Assembly: GCA_964016885.1 (NCBI GenBank)
Contig: CAXHJY010000179.1
Span: 1 to 64,000, forward strand
Direction of reading: 5' to 3'
Length of the DNA: 64,000 bases
DNA from: Eledone cirrhosa
Lineage: Eukaryota
Both the position numbers and the translations under genes were made by a program. Positions 15,640 to 27,500 of the stretch are shown here, one piece after another. The notes below the pieces were generated by a model that did not search any database, was not told the DNA's origin, and worked only from the letters and a program-made list of their open reading frames with translations. How positions within the stretch are numbered: the first letter of the stretch is position 1; each line of letters begins with the position of its first letter.

Positions 15640-16227
15640 GAACCAAGAATGACAGAAGTCTCCACCACAACAGATTCAAGAACAAACATCAATTATATAT
15701 GCATATCTAGATACATTTTGATGCTAAACTCCGCCAGTTGCAGACTGCGCATCAACATGTGATATTTCTCTCCACAAAATTCAATCACCAGCAACAGTGT
15801 TCAAAGAACAAAGACCAAGTCCAGTCCATAAGTTGACATTGTCAAGCCATCATTTTGGCTGCCAGCCTCTGTTTCTCTTACCAGCCAACCTTCCTTCCAG
15901 GCATAACTTACTCACACCACGAGTTGATCTTTTTATATGACTGTATAGTACTCTTGACTTGACAATTGATGTAATTGGTCTAAGTTTTGTAATATTGAGC
16001 AGCTCACTGATACAGATGCGGTTGCTGAGTCGCTTGCCAGTCATAAGTCTCATGTGGTTCTGGAATGTAGAGAGCTTCTGAAGTGACCTTGTCGTCCAAT
16101 TAACACAGTCAAGACCATAGGTTGGGCAGCTTTCAACAAGAACAAGGAAGTACTAACATCAAAACAAGTTTCCTATCATTTGAAGGCTAAAATCTTTGAT
16201 ACTTACATCCTACAAGTTGTGTCATAT
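15640..16227 (-). mobile_element. RTE-like LINE 3' fragment with inverted 5' segment
   Basis: Minus YGLDCVNWTTRSLQKLSTFQNHMRLMTG..LEGRLAGKRNRG; plus IGWAAFNKNKEVL..LKAKIFDTYILQVVSY; left boundary approximate. Confidence 0.7.
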
Positions 16228-16984
16228 CTATATAAGTATGTGCCAAATATTTACATCTGTTTCATTATAATTGTTATACATGCTTTTCTATGCTTGCATG
16301 GTTCCCCCCAATGTGTTTCTTTGTCATCTTTTTGTGAGGTTATCAGCATCAGTGATTTGAGATCCACTTTCAAAACTTTTGCTCATGAGTTCCTTTCTTT
16401 TCTTCTTACATAGCTTCTTTCCACCTGGAATTCCTGGCACTTCTTCCCCTAAGGATCATTATCCATGCACATTACAAATCCATAACAGTGTAGTGTTTTC
16501 TCTTACACACAACATCCAATTCTTTTCATTCCCTTTTTTTTTCTCTTAAGTCTTCTAGGCTTCATCATTGACTGTTTTTTGTTATGGCACCATCACTACC
16601 ACTTTACAGTGTAGACTGAGTGCTTTTTATCATAACAGCAGCACTACCACCTAACAGTGTGGACTGAGTGCTTTTGATCATGATACGGCATTACCACTTT
16701 ATAGTGTGGGCTGGGTGTATTTTATTGTGGCACCAGCATTACTTCATTATGAATTAAAGTGTTCATTGCATTCTTGACCAGATTGAGGAAACAATGATGA
16801 GATGAGGGTGCAAGATGAGAGGGGGTAGCTACATATTGATGGCTCAGGGAGTCATCCTACAGTTAGAGAGCAAGATCGGGTCATGGGGGTTGCCTTAAAG
16901 AAAGTGCATTGCATCTGGCAGTATATTGTGGGGCATGCCCAGCTTTTCATAAAGGTTTGACAGAGGTGAATCATGGTTGATGTG

Positions 16985-18410
16985 GGCATCATCATTTCAT
17001 GTCCATTTTCCACACTAGCATGGGTTTGATGGGTTGCCCTGTTGTGAAACAAGCCAGGTCTGATAACCATGACTTGCTCATACAGGACTGGTTTTGGCCT
17101 GGTTTCTATGGCTGGATGCCCTTCGTAACACCAACCACATTTAAAGTGTGTGCTGGGTGCTTTTTGTCATGACACCCACACGAACACTTTACAGTGTGGG
17201 CTGAGTGTTTTTTGTCGTGACACTTACATGACCACTTTACAATGTGGGCTGGATGATTTTTGTCGTGACACCTACACAACCTCTTTAAAGTGATGGCTGG
17301 GTGTTTTTGTTGTGTCACCTACTCAACCTTTTTACATTGTGGGTTCGGTGCTTTTTGTCGTGACACCTACACAACCACTTTACAGTGTGGGCCAGGTGCT
17401 TTTTGTCGCGACACCTACATGGCCATTTTACAATGTGGGCAGGGGGCTTTTTGTTGTGACTCTTATATGACCACTTTACAATGCAGCCTGGTTGTTTTTT
17501 TGTTGTGACACCTAAACGACCACTTTACAATGTGACACCTAAACGACCACTTTACTATTTTATAGTGTGGGCTGGGGACTTGGGGGGTGGGGAGGCAGAT
17601 CTAGAAGTGTGTGTGAGCGGGCAGAGTGTTCAGGCACGTGTGGAGTTTTAGGACATGGGAGGTACATGAGTGGGAGGGACATAAATGGAGGAGAGTTGTT
17701 AGGGAGTGAGGGAACGCTAGAGTGCATACCAGTGCATTCTCCTCTCTTGCACGTTGCATCTGATTCCTCTTATACCCAGTTTATCTCTCAGTTCATTTAT
17801 GCTTTGCTGTTCATGTATATTACTATTACACATCCATCAAACCATGCCAGCATCATTTCTTTCCAGTCTTTGTAGGTCCTCTGCACACAGCTCCCAGGTC
17901 TCACTGTCATGCAACATTACTGTTCATATACACGCATAATACAATCTGCCCTTCATTTTGAGGGGAAAACCTTTTGTGGCTAGCAACAGTACTAGCTCCC
18001 TGAACATTCTACATCCCATTCTCACCCTGGCTACAGTGTTTTTGGAACAACCACCTCCACTGCTAATTTGGTCATCCAGGTAACAGAAACTATCAACTAC
18101 TTCTACCAAGCTGTCTAGGCATTTAAAGGAGTTAGTATCCTGTGGACTGTTGCTACTTACTGCACCTGTACAACGACCACATATAAAATCTGCATTCTTT
18201 GTTAGCCTACCTGAAATCCCACATCTCTTGTGTACCCATAGTTTACATTTGAGGCATAGAATAGAGTTTCTACCTACTCCTTTCCTGGACACAGAGCAAG
18301 GTCATTTCCCTGGGGGATTCTAGGCCTTTTTATCCTTTCTACGTACTAGGACTTTGGTTTGTGCCAATTTGACTTTAAAACCTTTAGATTCTAGGCCTTA
18401 CTTCCAGGTT
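16985..18410 (-). mobile_element. RTE LINE 3' fragment (PHD-like insert, RT C-terminus) with SINE-like 3' UTR containing expanded 39-bp repeats
   Basis: RKGVGRNSILCLKCKLWVHKRC..FCYLDDQI; about ten 39-bp units at 17140-17555; (GAT)n tail. Confidence 0.85.
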
Positions 18411-19896
18411 TGACTATTATATAGTCATATATTCTTTTACCCTTTTGGTGACTTTAGTTATTGGGTTGTGACTAGGCTGGGCCCATAAAAGTTCAAAGTA
18501 AAGTCCCAAGCATGGAAGCTCCTCAAGCAAGTGCTTATCCTGGTTTGAGAATAAAAGACTCCCCCTGGACATAATGCTAGTCCCTCATAAGGTTAACTTC
18601 CAGATACTGCTGGTATTAATTTTAAGATGACTGCACAGGAGCAACATGAGCAGCATGTACATAAGCATGCAGAAAATTATCATCATCACCGTTTAACATC
18701 TATTTTCCATGCTTGTATGAATTAGATGGGTTGTCCACATTATGAAACAAGTCTGGCCAGTTAACCATGCTGTACTCTGCTCAAACAGAGCTATATTTTG
18801 GCTTGGATTTTTACAGCTGGATACCTTTCCTTACACCAACCACATTTACAGTGTGGAACTGGGTTGTTCTGTTATGAGAAAAGTATGGCCAGATCTTGTA
18901 CATAGCAGGACTGTGTGTTGACTGAGTTTTTACAACTGCTGGATGCCCTTCCTAACACCAACCACGTTTGCAGCATGAAACTGGGTAACACCGTTATAAG
19001 GAGGGTCTGGCCAGTTGGCCACACTGTACCCTGCTCACAGCAGAACCATATTTTGGGAGCTGTGTGGTCCCATTATGAGGAAGGTCTGACCAGTTGGAAA
19101 TGCTATGCCTTGCTCATAGTGAGGCTATGTTTAGGCTGAGTTTTTATAGCTGCTGGATGCCCTTCCTACTGCCAACCATATTTACAGTGCGGAACTGGAT
19201 GGCACTGTTATGAGACAGATCTGGCCAATTGGCCATGCTGTACATTTCTCATAGAGATGTTTTGGGTAGATGTATATATGATATACACATATCAGATATA
19301 CATGTACATATACTACATAATATGCAATATAAATATATAATATACATTAACACACATGCAGAGGTAATATACATATACATATATAACATAATACATATAT
19401 ATATACAATATATATACCACATACACATACACACACACATTATGCGTGAATATATGCCTATGTAAAATACATACGCATGCATATACAATACATGCATACA
19501 CATATAACATAGAATGTAACAGGATAACAGTGAGAAGTAAAGGGGGGGGGTAGGCTTTGTTTGCCACTCAGCAAACCAGAAAGTGATGGATAGGGGTCCT
19601 GTGATAGTGTGCACTTGTATGAAAGTGGGTGCTGGTAATATGAAAAATGAAATAAGGTGCATATAGAAATAGCAAAAGACGCTACATAAATAGTAGAAGA
19701 AGAATTAGATATTTTTAGAGCTTAGCTGTAAGATTTCACAGAATGAAAACAAAACGATGTTGGTTTCTTTCAAATCAGATTGGTGAAACACAGTAGGATG
19801 AGAGGTGGCAGCCTGTAGTCAAGTAGGACAGGGTGATGTCATGCACTTGTATGAAAGTTGGTGTTGGTAATAAGAAAAGTGAAATATTAAAATAAT

Positions 19897-20082
19897 TGTT
19901 TCTACTTTTGGCACAAGGCCAGCAATTACCCAGTGCATTACTGGTACTTTATTTTATCGACCCCGTAAGGATGAAAGGCAAAGTCAACCTCGGCTGGATT
20001 TGAACTCAGATCGTAAAGGGACGTAACTATGCTGGAAAGCATGGCGTCCGACCCTCCACCGATACTGCCAATCCACCGCCCT
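19897..20082 (-). mobile_element. tRNA-derived SINE family A
   Basis: B-box GAGTTCAAATCC and central GCCTTTCATCCTTACGGGGTCGATAAAATAAAGTACCAG; other copies near 31770-32140, 44645-44780 (+), 60172-60385, 61970-62155, 62318-62503. Confidence 0.85.
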
Positions 20083-20679
20083 GTGCTATTAAAATAATAA
20101 GGTGCAAATTGGGTTATTGATATACAATCTCTGCTATAACATATAATTAACTCTTCGGCATTTAAACCAGCCATATCCAGCCAGAATTTTCTCACCTCTT
20201 TCTGTTTAAATTGGCCGTAACTGGCCGCTCATACTGACATTAAGGTATTGTTCTCAAAATAAATAATAACACCTTCAAAATCTCATTATGTGAGATAAAG
20301 CCCTTACCATGAAAATATAATTGTATATATATAGAGTAATGTAAACGCTAAAGGACTAAAGCAGTCTTGTCTTTTATCTTTCTGGCTCATTTTTATTCAT
20401 ATTCTTTGTCATTACAAATTTTAATAAAAGGCATATTTGTTTTTATTAATGTGTATCCAGTTTAGAATAGGTCCATCATATCCCTGCATGTTGTAAGAAG
20501 CAACTAAAAGGGTTAGTGCCAGGAAGGGCATCCAGCTGTAAAATATTACTTCAAAAAGCCCCGTTCAAACCATGCCAGTATGAGAAAAGTTGACATAAAA
20601 ATAATGATAATGATGATGAAGATGATGGTGATGACAATTATATGAATATATAAAAACCCCAAAATAAGTTGTGACATAC

Positions 20680-20841
20680 CTTTAAGTATGTATATATCTA
20701 GTTTGTTCCAAGTGTTAACAACACCTTGTAGACGGATGTAATAAGCATTATATTGAGCAGTATAGTAACTTTCATTATTCCTTAAAATTGCCAGTCTTTT
20801 TCCATCAGATGTGTTACCGTAGTGGATATTCACACGGGTGC
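20680..20841 (-). CDS. CUB-LDLa-TM gene exon, second half of membrane-proximal CUB-like domain
   Basis: ctacAG / GTATGT, phase 1-1; STRVNIHYGNTSDGKRLAILRNNESYYTAQYNAYYIRLQGVVNTWNKLDIYILK. Confidence 0.82.
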
Positions 20842-21519
20842 CTGTAGATGACAACGATAACATTTTATTATATAGTAACTCATAGCATTCTGTAGTGGTT
20901 TAGCAGAATATCTCTCTATCACACATCCTCCTTTCTACTCTCTCTCTATATATCTCTATCTATCTATTTATCTATCTATCTATCACTCACCCTCCCTTCT
21001 ATTCATTGTACCTCTTTCCCTCTCTCTCTCTAATTCAAAGGTCAGCTTTATCCCACATTGTGCCGTGTTGATTCACATTAGAAATTACATTAAGAGTACA
21101 CATGTCTATAGAATACTCAACCACTTATATATTAATTCATGAGCTGATTCTTCAGCCAATCAAACAAATAATTGATCATTGTTGCAATTAATGGTGAAAT
21201 CACCACTTTCTATTATCTATAACACACTCCTGTACAGGTAACAGCTCTCACACTTCCTTAATCTTGCACATAGACATCCTTCACATGCAACTGAAACAGA
21301 CTCCTACCTCAACTTTGCTATGAACAGAAAATGTGAGGACATTCTTCAATTGGAATATGGTGACCCAGTCTTTTCAACAACACAATTATTACAGAAATGA
21401 AGGAAACAATCTAACAATATATTCTTGATGTTCCCACCTCTTATCTTCTCATCATCTATATTCTATCTCACCCCAAGACTCCAATCCACTTGATTTATCT
21501 ACCTCTCATCTTCTCTGGT

Positions 21520-21775
21520 GGAGGCGTGTGGCCTAGTGGTATGGGTGTTGGACTTACGATCGTAATGTCATGGGTTCAAATCCTGGGCTGGGTTGCAAGT
21601 TGTGTTCTTGAGCAAAACACTTCATTTTACATTGTTCCAGTATACTCAGCTGAAAATTAGTACCAGCAATAGTTAGGGATTTAACCCTGCAATGGACTGG
21701 CGTCCTGTCCAGGAGGAAATCTTGTACTCTCAGTCACTTCACGTGGCCTAACGAGCCTTCTGGCTTATGACAGAC
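21520..21775 (+). mobile_element. tRNA-derived SINE
   Basis: A-box TGGCCTAGTGG, B-box GGTTCAAATCC, GTGTTCTTGAGCAAAACACTT; related copies at 41882-42265. Confidence 0.8.
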
Positions 21776-22547
21776 TTTAAACTTTTGACATCTTCTCTCA
21801 TCATAAACTTTAAATTGCTGATAATGATAGGGTTTAGGAAGTATAATATATCTACATCAGACTATCTCACCTACCTTCTCATTTCTCTATCACTCACACT
21901 CACTATATCTTTATATATATTATATTTTGTCTTGCACCCGATGAGAGGCCAGTTTTGAAATGGCTCCTCCACTATGCAGTGGTGGCCAAAACTGGACCCC
22001 AAAACCTAAGGTCATGCATACATGTTAAGAATATGAAATTTTAAACATACTACATATATATATATATCGACAGTCGATTGACATGATCCCAGAAATCATT
22101 CGCTTAACAAGTGGGGTGAAGCTTGTCAAATCAGCCCGAGGAAACAATATTTCCATTGGTCTTTCTAATTGCTAATACTATCTGTCGGTCGCAAATCCAG
22201 GCGGAAATAAAGTGTCTTGCTCAAGGACATAACACATCGCACAGTCTGGGAATCGAAATCACAACCTCACGATTGCAAATCCAATTCTCTAACCACTCAG
22301 CTATGCACCTTCATATATATATATATATATCATCATCATCATCATACGTCCGCTTTTTCCTGCTTGCAAGGGTGGGACGGGATCTGATTCTGGCTTGATT
22401 TCTACAGCTGGATGCCCTCCCTAACACCAACCTCATTTACAGTGAGTGCTGGATGCTTTTTTGCCGTGGCACCTCCACGACCACTTTGCAGTGAAATGAT
22501 AGGGACCCCAGTCCTATCATCTCACTTCCACACACACACACACACAC

Positions 22548-22604
<57 letters not shown>

Positions 22605-22606
<2 letters not shown>

Positions 22607-22985
22607 CCACATGGCTTAGTGGTTAGAGCATTGCCCTTGCAATCGAAAGGTTGTGAGTTCAATTCTCAGGCCGGGTGATGTGTTGTTTCCTTGAGCAAGA
22701 CACTTTATTTCACATTGCTCCAGTTTACTCAGGTGTAGAAATGAGATGATAGGGACTGGGGTCCCTATCATTCCACTGCAAAGTGGTCGTGGAGGTGCCA
22801 TGGAAAAAGAACACCCAGCCCACACTGTAAAGTGGATGTGTAGGCGCCACAGAAAAAAAGCACCCACCACTCACTGTAAATGCAGTTGGTGTTAGGAAAG
22901 GCATCCAGCTGTAGAAATCAAGCCAGAATCAGTTCCCGTCCCACCCTTGCAAGCAGGGAAAAGCACACGTAAAATGATGATGATG
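22605..22985 (+). mobile_element. Full-length tRNA-derived SINE family B
   Basis: A-box TGGCTTAGTGG, B-box GTTCAATTC, hairpin atgatagggac/gtccctatcat, 39-bp repeats, GGCATCCAGCTGTAGAAA, (GAT)n tail; another copy at 60527-60870 (-). Confidence 0.88.
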
Positions 22986-23497
22986 AATGTGTATATATAT
23001 ATATATATGTATATAATAGGGAGATTCCCGAAGGGGATCAGGAGATGACCACAGTTAAAGAAGGTCCTAAATAAATTGGTAGACTATAGGCATCTCTATT
23101 TTATATAGAAATGACTTCTACAGGACTAGAACTGTTTCATTTGTATGAAATTATCATGAATGTCCTTTATCGAGGTCCAGTTTGGTGAGCATAATTCCAT
23201 CATGGTGGTTGTTAAGGGCCCAGTTAGGTGCTTCATAATAGATAGGTTACCAAAGGAAATTGAGAGGTGACGACAGTTAAAAAAGGTATCACCTCTCTCT
23301 CTTCCATTACTTTTCCCTTCTTTGCCAACTTTTCACTCCAAGCACTCTGTTTCTCCCATCATAGTAAACAGCATCCAGTCTACCTTGTCAGGTAGTAGTG
23401 GTGGTGTCATGATAAAGAGCACCTGTTATACGTAATGATGATGATGATAATAAATAACCATCTGATGACGGTTGATGGGTAACTTTGTTGTACTTAC

Positions 23498-23647
23498 TCT
23501 TGGGTAGTAAGGATACTACAGACAAGCTGAAATATTTTTTTTCTACATGGGATTGTAAAACCCATACACAGTCATAATTTTCAGCGTATTTTCTCGTACG
23601 AAACTGGATGCTTCTTGAGACTGAAATAAACTCATTTGTACCACAAT
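23498..23647 (-). CDS. CUB-LDLa-TM gene exon, first half of membrane-proximal CUB domain
   Basis: cctttacAG / GTAAGT, 150 nt, phase 1-1; NCGTNEFISVSRSIQFRTRKYAENYDCVWVLQSHVEKKYFSLSVVSLLPK (CG..Y..N.DC.W CUB signature). Confidence 0.88.
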
Positions 23648-23689
23648 CTGTAAAGGAGAATTAATGAGAATTAATGAGAATAATTTGCA

Positions 23690-24245
23690 GTGAAAGGAGG
23701 TTGCTCTGAAAATATAGTAGCAAGAATAAGAACAGACTGAAAATGGTTCAGAGAGCTACTGCCTCTGTTGATAGCAAAGGGTTTCTCTCTAAGAATGAAA
23801 GGACAGCTGTATGATGTATGATGCCCAAGAGTTAAGTGAATCATGGGCAGTAAATGCACAGAATATGCAAAGGTTGGAGAGAAATGAAGCAAGCATGCTT
23901 CAATGGATGTGTAATGTTAATGTGCAAAGATAAACTAAGAAAGAAACTGTGTATAAGTGGAATCAAATGTAGTGGACAAAAGAGAAAACTGTGCAAGTAA
24001 GACCATGTGATGTGCATGGAGATGATCATTGGGTGAAGAGGTGCCAGGCAATCCCATTGGAAAGAAGCTGCAGTAGTGGAAGGCTAAGGAAAACTTTGAA
24101 AAGAGATGATTAGTATGGATCTCAAAATACTGAACCTCACAGAAGAGATGACAAAGGAATGTAACATATGGAAGGAGGCTGTACTGAAATAGACTCATCC
24201 AACCCATGCAAGCATAGAAAAAAGAGGATGATAATGATGATGATG
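23690..24245 (+). mobile_element. Decayed RTE LINE 3' end with short (GAT)n tail
   Basis: Homologous to 50820-51350 (GGCSE..ARIRT..FRELLPL..KGFSLRMKG). Confidence 0.75.
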
Positions 24246-24471
24246 TATATATAGGGGTATGTATATATAGTGGTACAGTGATATAGGTGTATAAAAATAT
24301 AGAGGTATGTTTATTGATGTGTGACTTTCAGTTACTATTGGTTCACTAGTTTGAGAACTCAATGCCAAAATGGGTCTGGTTGCCGATGTAGTACATTTGG
24401 TATTACACTGTAGTCGGTATCCTTAAGAGTGTTAATAAAAATAATAAAAATTAATTAAGAGTGTTAATAAA

Positions 24472-24509
<38 letters not shown>

Positions 24510-24514
<5 letters not shown>

Positions 24515-27500
24515 GAAAAAACAAACAACAAAACCAAAGCAGCACAGCAACAACAGCAAAAACGAGAAAAACAAACAGAGAAAAACAAAAACAAAAAAAG
24601 AAAAAAAGAAACCCCAAAAACGTAAAGAAAATAAGAATGAAGAGAGAAGCAGGCGGACGGACAGAGAAGAGGGGGGAAAAAGTAAAACTTAAAAAACAAA
24701 AATTAAGTCAGACATTCGAACACTACATTACAATGAAACTTATGCTTATTCATTTTTGGGGCCCTTTCTGCCTGTGTGTTTGTTTGTTTATGTGTGTTCG
24801 TATACAGCGTGGTGATGATGCCACACAAGGGCCAAGTGGGATGGCGGATCCACAGATGGCTATGTAACTATACATTCGCCAATCCTCGATAAGAGTGTTT
24901 AAATATCGAACATAAACAGTTCGAATAACGGTGAAATGGAGACTAGAACGTCATGTGACAGACTCTCACCCAACAGGTGCCCCCTGGCTCAGCAGCAGGA
25001 ACCTGACTGTCAACCAAATACTGCTGATGTTGGAGGAAGAAGAAGAAGGAAAGGGGCCAGAACCAACTGGACGAAAGAATTGAATAGAACTGTTATGCAA
25101 TGCTACCTGAAAAGTAACCCCAAGAAGAGGGGCTACAGGAGACGGATGCATAACATCTGGAACGAGATTGGTTTATTTAAATTAGATGAACAAAAATTGG
25201 CCGGGCAGGCTCGGGTAATAAGAACTAATGGGTGGATAAGCGAGCTGGAACTGGAGGAACTGAGCAGAGAGAATGGCTTGGAGATGGCGGGTGTAGTATG
25301 CCAGACAAGCGAGCCAGTGGGAAATGAAGGTGAAGAGGTCCTGAGAACGGAGGAACCACCCGAAGCAGACAATGATCTGAATACTGAGATAAATAATACC
25401 TGGAACAGAGATACGGCCACTGAGGAGATGAATGCTGACGGGCTAGGACAAGATTCGGTTGACATCCTAAATTTAGTGGTAGATGAATTGAACAATGATA
25501 GTGGGAGACCTATGAACCTAAGATTTGTAGACAGGAAAAAGTTAAAAGAAACAACAGCTAAGGTAAACAAAGTCATCCCATACCTTGAGGCGAGGAGCCT
25601 TCACCAGTGCAACAATATCCTCAAAGCAACAGCAAATACGGTGAGGAAACTACTTGGTATAAAAGCGAGAGGAAACAACAGACAAGAAAGAGCAGAGCCA
25701 TGGTGGAAGAAGCGACTGAGTGGGCAAATCGGGGAAATGAGGAATGACATAGGAAAGCTTGAGTCACTACTGAATGGGACACTAAAAAACATAGACACTA
25801 AAAATAGACTGGAAATAAAATACAAAACTAGGAGTAAAAAGCTAAATATTATCATAGAGGAATTGAAGCAACGCATTGTAGCAAAGAGTGCAAAAATCAG
25901 GCGATACGAGAACAGAGTCAGTCAGTATAAACAGAACCGCATGTTCGACAACAACCAGAAGATGCTGTTTGGACAGCTTGAGGGGAAAGAAAGAGGCAAC
26001 GACTTGATCCCTGGGGCGGAACAAACTAAAACATTCTGGAGAGGAATATGGGAGCAGGATGTTAGACACAATGCCCAGGCAGGGTGGATTGAGACAGTGC
26101 AGAGGGAGATCGGTGAGCAGGCACAACAACAAACTGATTTGAGTATCACAGTTGAAACTCTTAAGGGGCAAGCCAAAAAACTAACCAACTGGAAATCACC
26201 AGGCCCAGATGGTGTGCAGGGGTATTGGATTAAACATTTAACATCCCTCCACCCGAAGCTGACGGCCATGTTCAATGACTGCTTGGTGTCGGGTGAGGTG
26301 CCAGAGTGGTTGACAAAAGGTACCACAGTTCTGATAATGAAAGACCGAATCAAGGGTAATGATGTTACCAACTATAGACCTATCACATGTCTGTCCGTAA
26401 TGTGGAAACTGTTGACGAGCATTGTGTCTGAGGAAATCTACCATCACCTCCACACAAACAACTTGTTACCGGACGAACAGAAAGGATGCCGAAAGAAGTC
26501 ACGTGGTACAAAGGACCAGTTACTTATTGATAAGATGGTAATGGGGAATTGCAGGAGGAGACACACTGATCTTGCCATGGGATGGATAGACTACAGAAAG
26601 GCATTTGACATGGTGCCTCATTCCTGGATCACCAAAAGCCTGGAGATCTTCAGGGTGGCAGATAACATCAGACAGTTGCTAGGCAGGAGTATGGGGTCCT
26701 GGGAGACAGAGTTGACATCAACTGGAGTATCCTTGGGAAGCGTGAAGATCAAGAGAGGTATCTTCCAGGGAGATAGCCTGTCCCCTCTGTTGTTTGTCCT
26801 TGCCCTGATGCCCTTGACCATTATGCTGCGAAAAGTGAGAGCAGGATACAAGTTGGGAAGGGGAGAGCTTACCATCAATCACCTCCTCTTCATGGACGAT
26901 CTTAAGCTCTTCGGGAAAAGTGAGAAGGAGTTGGATGTGCTTGTTGACACTGTCCGTATTTTCAGCAGTGATATATGTATGCAGTTTGGTATTGGTAAAT
27001 GTGGAGTTATTGTGATGAAGAGGGGTAGGTTGAGCAGAAGTAACGGGATCCAGATACCAACAGGTGAGATGATAAAGGAAATTGACTCTGAGGAAGGATA
27101 CAAGTATTTGGGCGTTCTGGAGGCTGATGGCATAAAGAACAAAAAAATGAAGGAATTGTTAAGAACTGAATACATTCGGAGAGTAAGGAGCGTATTGAAG
27201 TCACATCTGAACAGCAGAAATGCCATAAGCGCAGTAAATTCCCGAGCTGTGTCTATTATTAGGTACAGTGCGGGAATTCTGAGATGGAATGTTGCTGAAC
27301 AAAAAGAAATGGATAGGAAGACTAGGAAGCTATTGACTATCTACAACATGTTCCACAAGAGGAGTGATGTCGATAGACTCTACCTAAGGAGATCTGAGGG
27401 TGGAAGAGGTCTTATCAGCATAGAGGACTGTGTTCAGATGGAGAAAAACAACCTATACAAATACGTGACCTATAGTAAGGAGCCAATGCTCAGAACTGTA

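Noticed and set aside
17140-17555. 39-bp repeat array resembling CRISPR
   Set aside because: Head-to-tail tandem units without unique spacers; part of the SINE/RTE 3' module
21520-21600. tRNA gene-like A/B boxes (also 22605, 41882)
   Set aside because: SINE heads continuing into SINE bodies; no complete cloverleaf
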